Shown: positions 51,489-58,701 of the stretch, piece after piece
Layout of the letters: the number at the start of each line of letters is the position of its first letter
Numbering within the stretch: position 1 is the stretch's first letter
Assembly (NCBI GenBank): GCA_963781845.1
Contig: CAWAHN010000004.1
Coordinates: forward strand, 256,050 to 320,049
Reading direction: 5' to 3'
DNA from: an uncultured Chloroflexia bacterium
GTDB taxonomy: Bacteria > Chloroflexota > Limnocylindria > Limnocylindrales > CSP1-4
DNA length: 64,000 bases
Made by a program: the position numbers and the translations under genes
Notes under the pieces: model-generated
The model's database searches: none
What the model was told of the DNA's origin: nothing
What the model saw: only the letters and a program-made list of their open reading frames with translations

Positions 51489-51695
51489 CGGCGCGGTTCG
51501 AGCTCCGTCTGGATCCAGTCGTCGGTCTGGGCGTGTCTCCACGTCCCGACGATCTCGCCGTCGACCATTGACGGCGCCGGGCCAGACGCGGGGCGACCAC
51601 AGCAGACGACGATGGCCCGGATCCGAGAGCGGGAGCTCCCGATCGGCGTAGGTGAGGACCCGTTCGCGCGTGAGCTCGAGCCGGGCCTTGGTCAC
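51485..51695 (-). pseudogene. Possible C-terminal remnant of a winged-helix HTH_42 (AlkZ/YcaQ-like) protein, frameshifted and 5'-truncated
   Basis: The minus strand reads ...LTRERVLTYADRELPLSDPGHRRLLWSPRVWPGAV. After a 1-nt shift it reads MVDGEIVGTWRHAQTDDWIQTELEPRR-stop. This resembles the conserved C-terminal ...vLvDGrvvGTWr block of that family. Only about 70 codons are present. Confidence 0.3.
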
Positions 51696-51761
51696 GTCGG
51701 GCGTACGTCCTGCGGTGGAGGATCCGGCCGACGGAGGGCCACGGGCGGCGCGGTGGGCACG

Positions 51762-51866
51762 CTAACGGTGATGGCGGACCATCGCGACAACGAGGACGAT
51801 CGGCGCGATGAAGATCCCGACGATCAACAGGATGATCAGAAGCTCGAGTGGACCGACGGTGGGCAT
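51762..51866 (-). CDS. 34-aa hydrophobic peptide with TatA-like N-terminus (below the ORF-track size cutoff)
   Basis: The ATG at 51864-51866 is preceded by AGGAG 10 nt upstream. The product is MPTVGPLELLIILLIVGIFIAPIVLVVAMVRHHR, with TAG at 51762-51764. Confidence 0.4.
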   Translation of the reverse strand: MPTVGPLELLIILLIVGIFIAPIVLVVAMVRHHR

Positions 51867-51993
51867 CTTGGGTCGACTCCTGCGGGCCTGCGTTCACCGT
51901 ACTCCACGTCGTCCCCGAGTCGCTTGGTCAGCGCGCCCCCTTGGGCGTCCGGCGCCGCTCGTCGGCCGTCGCCACTGCGGCCCGCGCGCCCCC

Positions 51994-52002
51994 TGCTAGA
52001 CT
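51994..52002 (+). promoter_or_regulatory. Candidate extended -10 (TGcTAGACT) upstream of lemA
   Basis: A TGnTANNNT match lies 40 nt upstream of ATG 52042. GGAGGAGG serves as the Shine-Dalgarno sequence. Confidence 0.35.
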
Positions 52003-52041
52003 CGCGGGGCGGCGTGCTCTGTCGCGCACCGGAGGAGGACC

Positions 52042-52605
52042 ATGACACCGCTCCTGATCGTCATCATCATCATCGTCATCGCGATCGTCGGCTTCCTGAT
52101 CGTCCTGTACAACGGGCTCGTCGGAAAGCGCAATCGGGTCGACGAGGCGCTCGCCCAGATCGAGGTCCAGCTCAAGCGTCGCCACGACCTCATCCCCAAC
52201 CTGGTGAATGCGGTCAAGGGCTACATGGACTTCGAGCAGGACGTCCTGACCAAGGTCACCGAGGCCCGTTCGGCGGCGATCGCCGCCGGTGCCAAAGGGA
52301 CCGCCGAGCAGGCCCAGGCGGAGAACGTCCTGACCGGGGCCCTGCGCTCCCTGTTCGCGGTCGTCGAGAACTATCCGCAGCTCAAGGCCAACGAGAACGT
52401 CCTCGCGCTTCAGGAGCAGCTGACCACGACCGAGAACCAGATCTCGTTCTCGCGCCAGCACTACAACGCCACGGTCCTCGACTTCAACACCGCGATCCAG
52501 ACCTTCCCGGCGGTCCTCATCGCCGGGATGATGGGCTTCCTCAAGCGCGATTTCTTCGACGCGGAGCCTGAAGCGGACCAGGTCCCGAGCGTCCAGCTCC
52601 GCTAG
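52042..52605 (+). CDS. lemA: LemA family protein
   Basis: The N-terminal TM helix is followed by YNGLVGKRNRVDEALAQIEVQLKRRHDLIPNLV...ENYPQLKANENV..LQEQL..TENQISFSRQHYN, the canonical LemA sequence. Confidence 0.9.
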   Translation: MTPLLIVIIIIVIAIVGFLIVLYNGLVGKRNRVDEALAQIEVQLKRRHDLIPNLVNAVKGYMDFEQDVLTKVTEARSAAIAAGAKGTAEQAQAENVLTGALRSLFAVVENYPQLKANENVLALQEQLTTTENQISFSRQHYNATVLDFNTAIQTFPAVLIAGMMGFLKRDFFDAEPEADQVPSVQLR

Positions 52606-52639
52606 GGTGCGCATCCGGTCCAGGTAGACCGGAGGACCA

Positions 52640-53635
52640 GTGGCTTCGACCTTCTACAGCCAGATCTCTGCCAACAAGCGGGACTCGTTCCTGCTCGGGC
52701 TCGGGCTCGTGGCGATCCTCGGCGTGCTCGGCCTGACGATCGGCTACGCCCTGACGGGGTCGGTCTCGGGCGCGATCGGCGCCACGGTGGTCGCGATCGT
52801 CATCGGTCTGGCGGCCTCGATGGTGTCCTACTACAAGGGCGATGCGATCGTCCTCGCGGCGTCCGGCGCCCGGGAGATCACGGAGGCGGAGGCGCCCCAG
52901 CTGTTCAACGTCATCCGCGAGCTGACGATCGCCGCCGACATCCCGCCGCCGAAGGTCTACGTCATCGACGACACGTCGATGAACGCCTTCGCGACCGGCC
53001 GGGACCCGCAGCACTCGTCGATCGCCGTCACGACCGGACTGCTGACCCGGATGGACCGCGAGGAGGTCCAGGGGGTGATCGGGCACGAGCTGTCGCACGT
53101 GCGCAACTTCGACATCCGGTTCTCGCTGCTGGTCGGGGTGATGGTCGGGAGCATCGCCCTGCTCGCCGACTTCTTCCTCCGCTTCACGTTCTGGGGCGGT
53201 CGCGGCCGATCGAGCAGCAGCGACCGGGGCGGTGGAGGCCTGCAGGCGGTCATCTTCGCGATCGCACTCGTCCTGGCGGTCCTGGCGCCGTTCTTCGCCA
53301 AGCTCGTCCAGCTCGCGGTCAGCCGGCAGCGCGAGTACCTCGCCGACGCCTCCGCGGTCGAGCTGACCCGGAACCCGATCGGCCTGGAGCGCGCCCTGGC
53401 GACGATCGCCGGGGACACCGAGGTGCTCGAGGTCGCCAACCGCGCGACGCAGCACCTGTACTTCACCAACCCGATCATGAAGGCCTCGGACGGCGGCGGC
53501 GAACCGAGCGCGTGGTTCTCGACCCACCCCCCGCTGCTCGATCGGATCAACCGGCTCCGCGAGCTGCGCGGCCAGCCACCCGTCGGCTCGACCGCCGAGG
53601 AGCTTGCCGCCCCGCGGGGGGATGCCGTCGGTTGA
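52640..53635 (+). CDS. htpX: M48-family zinc metalloprotease (HtpX-like)
   Basis: GTG follows GGAGGA. There are two N-terminal TM helices. The protease blocks are MNAFATG, HEXXH (VIGHELSHVRNFD) and SRQREYLADA. There are two further TM helices. Confidence 0.88.
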   Translation: MASTFYSQISANKRDSFLLGLGLVAILGVLGLTIGYALTGSVSGAIGATVVAIVIGLAASMVSYYKGDAIVLAASGAREITEAEAPQLFNVIRELTIAADIPPPKVYVIDDTSMNAFATGRDPQHSSIAVTTGLLTRMDREEVQGVIGHELSHVRNFDIRFSLLVGVMVGSIALLADFFLRFTFWGGRGRSSSSDRGGGGLQAVIFAIALVLAVLAPFFAKLVQLAVSRQREYLADASAVELTRNPIGLERALATIAGDTEVLEVANRATQHLYFTNPIMKASDGGGEPSAWFSTHPPLLDRINRLRELRGQPPVGSTAEELAAPRGDAVG

Positions 53636-53701
53636 AGGCCCTTCGGAGCCCGTGGTATCCTCCGGCACGCCGACGGGCGGCCAGCCTGGTCAGGCCTTCG
53701 G

Positions 53702-53777
53702 GCCGAGATAGCTCAGTTGGTAGAGCACGCGACTGAAAATCGCGGTGTCGCCAGTTCGAATCTGGCTCTCGGCACCA
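53702..53777 (+). tRNA. tRNA-Phe (anticodon GAA), CCA encoded
   Basis: The sequence begins GCCGAGATAGCTCAGTTGGTAGAGC. The anticodon stem-loop is CGCGA-CTGAAAA-TCGCG and the acceptor 3' strand is TCTCGGC-A-CCA. Confidence 0.92.
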
Positions 53778-53793
53778 CATCGGTGGTGCACGG

Positions 53794-53869
53794 GCGGGAG
53801 TAGCTCAGTTGGCAGAGCGCAACCTTGCCAAGGTTGAGGTCGCGGGTTCGAACCCCGTCTCCCGCTCCA
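53794..53869 (+). tRNA. tRNA-Gly (anticodon GCC), CCA encoded
   Basis: The sequence begins GCGGGAGTAGCTCAGTTGGCAGAGC. The anticodon stem-loop is CAACC-TTGCCAA-GGTTG and the discriminator is U. Confidence 0.92.
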
Positions 53870-53924
53870 AGATCTCGTCCGACGCACGGTCGGGCCGGCC
53901 GGCCTTCGCCGACGACTCGCCCGA

Positions 53925-53995
53925 TGCCCCTTCGTCCAGTGGTAGGACAGCGGACTTTGAATCCGCGAACCGAGGTTCGAATCCTCGAGGGGCAA
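53925..53995 (+). tRNA. tRNA-Gln (anticodon TTG), CCA not encoded
   Basis: The acceptor TGCCCCT/AGGGGCA gives the U1-A72 pair typical of bacterial tRNA-Gln. The anticodon stem-loop is GCGGA-CTTTGAA-TCCGC, with the GGTTCGAATCC T-arm. Confidence 0.88.
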
Positions 53996-54050
53996 CGACC
54001 ACGTAGACTGGCCGCACGACCGCCGTACCCCTTGCGGCGGACCGTCCCGG

Positions 54051-54126
54051 GGCGACGTACCCAAGTGGTTAAGGGGGAGGTCTGCAAAACCTCTATTCAG
54101 CGGTTCGAATCCGCTCGTCGCCTCCA
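54051..54126 (+). tRNA. tRNA-Cys (anticodon GCA), CCA encoded
   Basis: The acceptor is GGCGACG/CGTCGCC and the discriminator is U. The anticodon stem-loop is GAGGT-CTGCAAA-ACCTC, with the GGTTCGAATCC T-arm. Confidence 0.88.
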
Positions 54127-54222
54127 TTCACCCCGTTTCTTTCCGGACCTACGGACCATGGCCCATCCGCGCCCGCGGCGCGACACCAGCCAGGTCATCA
54201 TCCCCAATCGAAGGTTCGTCCG

Positions 54223-54426
54223 ATGTTGTTCAGAGCACATGTCTTCCTGTCGAGCCTCGCGTTCCAGCTCAGGGCGTTTCGCATCAATTCCGGGCTCGCC
54301 CGCGGTCAGGGCCTCGCCGAATACGCACTCATCCTCGCGCTCATCGCCATCGTCGCCATCATCGCCCTGCTCTTCCTCGGTGGTCAGGTCAGCAAGATCC
54401 TGAGTACCGTCGGCAAGTCCGTCTGA
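54223..54426 (+). CDS. flp: Flp/Fap family type IVb (Tad) pilin precursor
   Basis: RGQGLAEYALILALIAIVAIIALLFLGG matches the Flp G/xxxxEY processing motif plus the hydrophobic helix. A GAAGG Shine-Dalgarno-like element lies 9 nt upstream of the ATG. Confidence 0.8.
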   Translation: MLFRAHVFLSSLAFQLRAFRINSGLARGQGLAEYALILALIAIVAIIALLFLGGQVSKILSTVGKSV

Positions 54427-54574
54427 GACGACCGCTCCCTGATCCGTCTAGGGCTTCGCTCGACCGGATCCCGGCCCAAGGGTCCGGTGTCGTCTCGTGC
54501 GTCTGCACTAGCGTTTCGGCCTACCCCGATCGCGGCCATTAGGTCGGTCTGAGCAAGGCGCTACCCTTGCGTCG

Positions 54575-54663
54575 GCCGAAGTGGCGGAACCGGCAGACGC
54601 GGCGGACTTAAACTCCGCTGACTCGCAAGGGTCGTGTGGGTTCGAACCCCACCTTCGGCACCA
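54575..54663 (+). tRNA. tRNA-Leu (anticodon TAA), type II, CCA encoded
   Basis: The acceptor is GCCGAAG/CTTCGGC. The anticodon stem-loop is GCGGA-CTTAAAC-TCCGC. It has a long variable arm and the GGTTCGAACCC T-arm. Confidence 0.9.
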
Positions 54664-54762
54664 CGTTCTGAACACGAAACGCGACCGATCCCGGCGCGCG
54701 AACGAATAGGGCCGGGGTGGCGGTCGACGGTCGCCACGCGCTTCGCCGCCACCAAATCGAGT

Positions 54763-54987
54763 TCAGCCTTCGGCCTTACGGTGACGACGCCTGAGGACGG
54801 CTACGCCCACGAGTAGGACGACACCGGCTCCGACCGTCGGGATCAGCCAGTTCGGACCTTCGCGTGAGATCACCGTCGGCGGAGCGCTCGTCGTGGTAGC
54901 CCGATGCACTGAGCCTGCGTTCAGGTAGAACAGTAGAAGGAAGGTCGTTGTCGCTGCCAGAAGCAGGAGCGCGATCCTCATCTTCAT
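54763..54987 (-). CDS. Small secreted/anchored hypothetical protein (74 aa) with signal peptide and C-terminal hydrophobic helix plus basic tail
   Basis: The N-terminal signal is MKMRIALLLLAATTTFLLLF. The C-terminus is ...NWLIPTVGAGVVLLVGVAVLRRRHRK, a tripartite sorting-signal-like layout. It lies in a locally AT-richer patch, and no clear Shine-Dalgarno sequence is present. Confidence 0.4.
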   Translation of the reverse strand: MKMRIALLLLAATTTFLLLFYLNAGSVHRATTTSAPPTVISREGPNWLIPTVGAGVVLLVGVAVLRRRHRKAEG

Positions 54988-55121
54988 GCAGTCGTCAGCG
55001 TAGCGTGGGAACTGCGTGACATGGGTCGCGGGGCGTCTTCACTCTGAGACACCGTGCAACGGACGCCGCGTACGATGGCCAGCGTCACCCCATGCGCGTG
55101 TCTCGACGCTTTGGAGGATCG

Positions 55122-55676
55122 ATGACGGAGGACGAAGGCATCCCGAGCGACGCTGTCGTCCCTTCGACTCCGGCCAAGCTGCCAGCGATGCCGCCGGAAC
55201 CGGAGGCGGCGCCAGTCGTCCCGCCGGCTCCGGTCAACGTCAACGTCACCCACAGCATCGTGATCGACCAGCGATCGAACGGGCCTGGGTTCCTCGTTCG
55301 GGCTCTCTGGTTCATCTTCATCGGCTGGTGGCTCAGCTGGTTCGCGATCGCGTTGGCGTATTTCCTCTGTCTGATCATCGTCGGGCTGCCGCTGGGCTTC
55401 GCGATCTTCAACCGGTTGCCCACGATCCTGACCCTGCGACCGCGAACGGAGATGCAGACGACCGAGGTGATCGACGGCGTCACCTACGTCACCGGTGGGA
55501 ACGTGCCCCAGCGGCCGATGTGGGTCAGGGCGGTCTACTTCATCTTCGTCGGCTGGTGGCTGGGAGCGTTCTATCTCGCCCTGGCCTGGTTCCTGTGCGT
55601 GATCCTGATCACGCTGCCGCTCGGGCTGTACCTGTTCAACCGCGTGGGGGCCGTGATGACGCTGCTGCGGTACTGA
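55122..55676 (+). CDS. YccF-domain inner-membrane protein (two YccF repeats)
   Basis: The repeats are FLVRALWFIFIGWWLSWFAIALAYFLCLIIVGLPLGFAIFNRLP and WVRAVYFIFVGWWLGAFYLALAWFLCVILITLPLGLYLFNRV. The ATG at 55122 has GGAGG 5 nt upstream; the in-frame ATG at 55092 is an alternative. Confidence 0.8.
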   Translation: MTEDEGIPSDAVVPSTPAKLPAMPPEPEAAPVVPPAPVNVNVTHSIVIDQRSNGPGFLVRALWFIFIGWWLSWFAIALAYFLCLIIVGLPLGFAIFNRLPTILTLRPRTEMQTTEVIDGVTYVTGGNVPQRPMWVRAVYFIFVGWWLGAFYLALAWFLCVILITLPLGLYLFNRVGAVMTLLRY

Positions 55677-55688
55677 GGGACTCCGGCG

Positions 55689-56750
55689 ATGAAACTCATC
55701 GTGGTCGCGACGCTGGTCGTCATCCTGGCAGGCTGCGCTGTCACCACGACCGACACGCCACCTGTGCCCGTAACCGCTGGCACCTCAGTGGCACCAGCGC
55801 CAACAGACGCGGTCTCATCCGTCGCGCCCCCAGCCTCCGTTTCTGCCCTACCGGTATTCGCCAAGCAGGCTGGCAAGATCGCCTTCATGAAGGATGACCA
55901 GACGTGGACGGCCTGTGCGGACCTGACCAACGCCAAGCAGCTGACGAACGTGGACGGGCGCACCAGCGGCTGGCCGGTCTGGTCGCCAGATGGTTCGCGG
56001 ATCGCGATCGATACCGACCGCGACGATCCAAACACCGCGGACAGTATCGATGTCAACGACGTCTACACGATGAAGGCCGACGGCACCGACCTCCGCAAGC
56101 TCACCGACTCGAAGGGCGTCAGCGGCGATCCCGGCTACTCGCCCGATGGCAAGCTCATCGCGTTCGAGGCCGACCGAGGCGGCGGTCACGCCAAACAAGG
56201 CATCTACGTGATGAACGCCAGGGACGGGACTGGTGTTCGACGTGTGACCACGGTTCCACCGGAGGCGTCGGACGACCACGCGCCACGCTTCTCGCCGGAC
56301 GGCAAGCGGCTGGTCTTCACCCGCAACGTCGACGACACCACCGCCGCCCTGTTCGTCGTGGACCTGGACGGGTCGAACCTCGTTCGGATCACCCCGGAGA
56401 CGATGAGGCCCGGCGACGCCGTCTGGTCGCCCGACGGGACGCAGATCGCGTTCGAGGCCGACACCCCCGAATACCCGCGTGGTGGCGCCTGGCTCGTCGG
56501 GCCGGACGGGACCGGGCTGCGGAGCCTGGTCCCTCAGAGTACGGTCCCCGGCGTGACAGACGGGTTCGCCGATCCCGTCTGGTCGCCGGACGGCACCGTC
56601 ATCCTCCTCCTGCATGGCCGCTTCCTCGATGACGGCACATCCACGGTCGGGCTCGCGATGATCCGGCCGGACGGCAGCGACTTCGGCAATGTCGCCGATG
56701 GAACCGGGGACGAGCATCAGCCGGACTGGACCGACGCCGCGACCTGCTAG
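55689..56750 (+). CDS. Lipoprotein with TolB-like PD40 beta-propeller repeats
   Basis: The lipobox is VVILAGC. PD40 repeats are PVWSPDGSRIAI, PGYSPDGKLIAF, PRFSPDGKRLVF, AVWSPDGTQIAF and PVWSPDGTVILL. GC3 is noticeably lower than in neighbouring core genes. Confidence 0.82.
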   Translation: MKLIVVATLVVILAGCAVTTTDTPPVPVTAGTSVAPAPTDAVSSVAPPASVSALPVFAKQAGKIAFMKDDQTWTACADLTNAKQLTNVDGRTSGWPVWSPDGSRIAIDTDRDDPNTADSIDVNDVYTMKADGTDLRKLTDSKGVSGDPGYSPDGKLIAFEADRGGGHAKQGIYVMNARDGTGVRRVTTVPPEASDDHAPRFSPDGKRLVFTRNVDDTTAALFVVDLDGSNLVRITPETMRPGDAVWSPDGTQIAFEADTPEYPRGGAWLVGPDGTGLRSLVPQSTVPGVTDGFADPVWSPDGTVILLLHGRFLDDGTSTVGLAMIRPDGSDFGNVADGTGDEHQPDWTDAATC

Positions 56751-56775
56751 GGACCCAGTCGGTAGGCTCGTCTGG

Positions 56776-57999
56776 TCAGGTGCGCTTGAGCAGGCCGCTC
56801 AGGCCGCGCGACTTCTTGTCCTCGACCGGTGCGCCGGGCAGGGCCGGAGTGCTGCCGAAGGCGGCGTTCGAGAGCTTGAGCATGGCGGCGGCCACCGGCG
56901 TCCGGGCCGCCCCGATCACGACCGGATTGCCCTCGTTGACGGCCTTGAGGTAGAGGAACGGGTCGTATGGGAGCGTCAGCGAGACTTTCGCCCCGAGCCC
57001 GCTCTCCACGTCGCGCATCTTGAGCAGCTCCTTGGCGAACACGCTGTTGAGCACGAACGTGGTCTTGGACGCGATCGACCCGGCCTCGTTGACGAAGTCG
57101 AGGAACGAATGGACCGCCTTGAGCGCCGAGATCTCCGGGTAGACCGGCAGCAGGACCACCTCGGCTCCCTCGAGCGCCGCCAGCGATCGCTCGTCGAGGG
57201 TCGAGCCCGCATCGACGACCACCGCCTCGTAGGCCAGGAGCGCGGTCTCGAGGATCCGCTCGACGTGGGTCGCCGAAACGAGGTCCGCCAGCTCGGGTGA
57301 GCCCGGCGCGGCCAGCACGTCCAGGCCCGATGCCTCGTGGCGCGTGGCGTAGGTCCGGAGCAGCTCGGGCTCGCGCTGTGACTGCTCGTCGCGGGCGAGG
57401 TCGGCGACCGTCTGGCGCGGGATCACGTTGAGGTGGGTGGCGACCTGGCCGAACTGGAGATCGAGATCGACGATCAGCACACGCCCGGGCCGCGACGCCG
57501 CGTGGGCGACCGCCACGTTGACCGCGATCGTCGTCGTCCCGGCGCCGCCCTTCGGGCTGTAGACGGCGACCATCCGCCGCGGCTGCTCGAACAGCCCGCC
57601 GCCGATCGCCGAGACCGCTCCACGCGATCGCTGGAACCGGACGAGGAGCGCCTCGACCCGGGCCTCGAGCTCGCGTCGGTCGAACGGCTTGGCCACGACG
57701 TCGTCCGCTCCGGCCTCGAGGAAGCGGATCCGCTCCTCGACGTCGTCGGCTTCCGACATGCACAGGACGGGGACCGCTGCCAGGCTCGGCGTCCCGCGGA
57801 TCTCCCGGCAGACGTCCGCGGCGGTCGTCGTCGGACCGGTGACGTCGATGATGACCATCGTGTGATCGGCCGCGACCCGAAGGGCCTCGCCGACGTCGGT
57901 CACGGTGTCGACCGCGTAGCCGACCCCGGACAGCACGGTCCGGATGGCCTCGCCGGCGATCGCGTCGGTCTCGAGCAGAAGGATGGAGCTGGCGGGCAC
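56776..57999 (-). CDS. cpaE: Response-regulator receiver domain fused to a CpaE/TadZ-like (MinD/ParA-type) ATPase
   Basis: The start is GTG. The REC domain is ILLLETD...MVIIDVTGP...PVLCMS...AKPF. The deviant Walker A is VAVYSPKGGAGTTTIAVNVA, followed by ...VLIVDLDLQFG... and ...VVDAGS.... Confidence 0.8.
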   Translation of the reverse strand: MPASSILLLETDAIAGEAIRTVLSGVGYAVDTVTDVGEALRVAADHTMVIIDVTGPTTTAADVCREIRGTPSLAAVPVLCMSEADDVEERIRFLEAGADDVVAKPFDRRELEARVEALLVRFQRSRGAVSAIGGGLFEQPRRMVAVYSPKGGAGTTTIAVNVAVAHAASRPGRVLIVDLDLQFGQVATHLNVIPRQTVADLARDEQSQREPELLRTYATRHEASGLDVLAAPGSPELADLVSATHVERILETALLAYEAVVVDAGSTLDERSLAALEGAEVVLLPVYPEISALKAVHSFLDFVNEAGSIASKTTFVLNSVFAKELLKMRDVESGLGAKVSLTLPYDPFLYLKAVNEGNPVVIGAARTPVAAAMLKLSNAAFGSTPALPGAPVEDKKSRGLSGLLKRT

Positions 58000-58123
58000 G
58001 TCGTCTCCGAGTGGGCGGCGGATGTCGAACGGACGTCAGGATACATCGGGGCCGACGGCGTCCGGGTCGAGTGACACCGGCGAGCCCCCACCCGTCGCAC
58101 GATCCGGGTCGTCGGGAGCCTCA

Positions 58124-58132
58124 TGGTAGACT
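58124..58132 (+). promoter_or_regulatory. Candidate extended -10 (TGgTAGACT) for the rpsF-ssb-rpsR operon, implying a ~95-nt leader
   Basis: A TGnTANNNT match lies in the divergent cpaE-like/rpsF spacer. AGGAAGGAG serves as the Shine-Dalgarno sequence before ATG 58233. Confidence 0.35.
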
Positions 58133-58232
58133 GGCCGCTGGTTCCTTTCGGCTCCGCACTCGGATCCGGCGGGCGCGTCGCGCCTCGACCGACCGTTCAG
58201 CGGGGCGTCCCCACAGGAAGGAGTGAGCGCGG

Positions 58233-58670
58233 ATGCGCCGCTACGAACTCATGCTCGTCCTCCGGCCGGACATCCCGGACGATCGCAGTCAGGCGATCAT
58301 CGACCGGACCACCCGCCAGATCGCCGCGTCCGGCGGTCAGATCGTCAAGGTCGCCCCGTGGGGCCGCCGACGGCTGGCCTACCCGATCGACCGACATCGC
58401 GAGGGGTCCTACCACATCGTCATCTTCGAGGCCCCGCCCGAGGGGATCCTCGAGCTCGAGCGCGGGCTGCTCATCACCGAGGAGCTGTTGCGCCACCTCG
58501 TGACGAGGGTCGAACGTCCGGCCAAGTCGGCTCGCCGCGATGGCGAGGACGACGTGGACCTGGAGCTCGACGAGGCGGACCTCCCGTCGGCGGTCGACGA
58601 GGAGGACGAGGAGTCCGGCGAACAGATCGACGAGTCCGAGAGCGAAGCCGCTCCGGCCGCGATCGACTGA
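58233..58670 (+). CDS. rpsF: 30S ribosomal protein S6 with acidic C-terminal tail
   Basis: The sequence MRRYELMLVLRPDI...WGRRRLAYPI...EGSYHIVIFEA identifies S6. Confidence 0.95.
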   Translation: MRRYELMLVLRPDIPDDRSQAIIDRTTRQIAASGGQIVKVAPWGRRRLAYPIDRHREGSYHIVIFEAPPEGILELERGLLITEELLRHLVTRVERPAKSARRDGEDDVDLELDEADLPSAVDEEDEESGEQIDESESEAAPAAID

Positions 58671-58701
58671 CGGCCAGCCACACGATCCGGAGGCGAGTGC
58701 C

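Noticed and set aside
49274-54663. An integrative element or genomic island bounded by tRNA genes.
   Set aside because: No integrase, recombinase, transposase or excisionase ORF was found, and I saw no repeat of a tRNA 3' end. I report it only as a compositionally patchy accessory zone, not as a mobile element.
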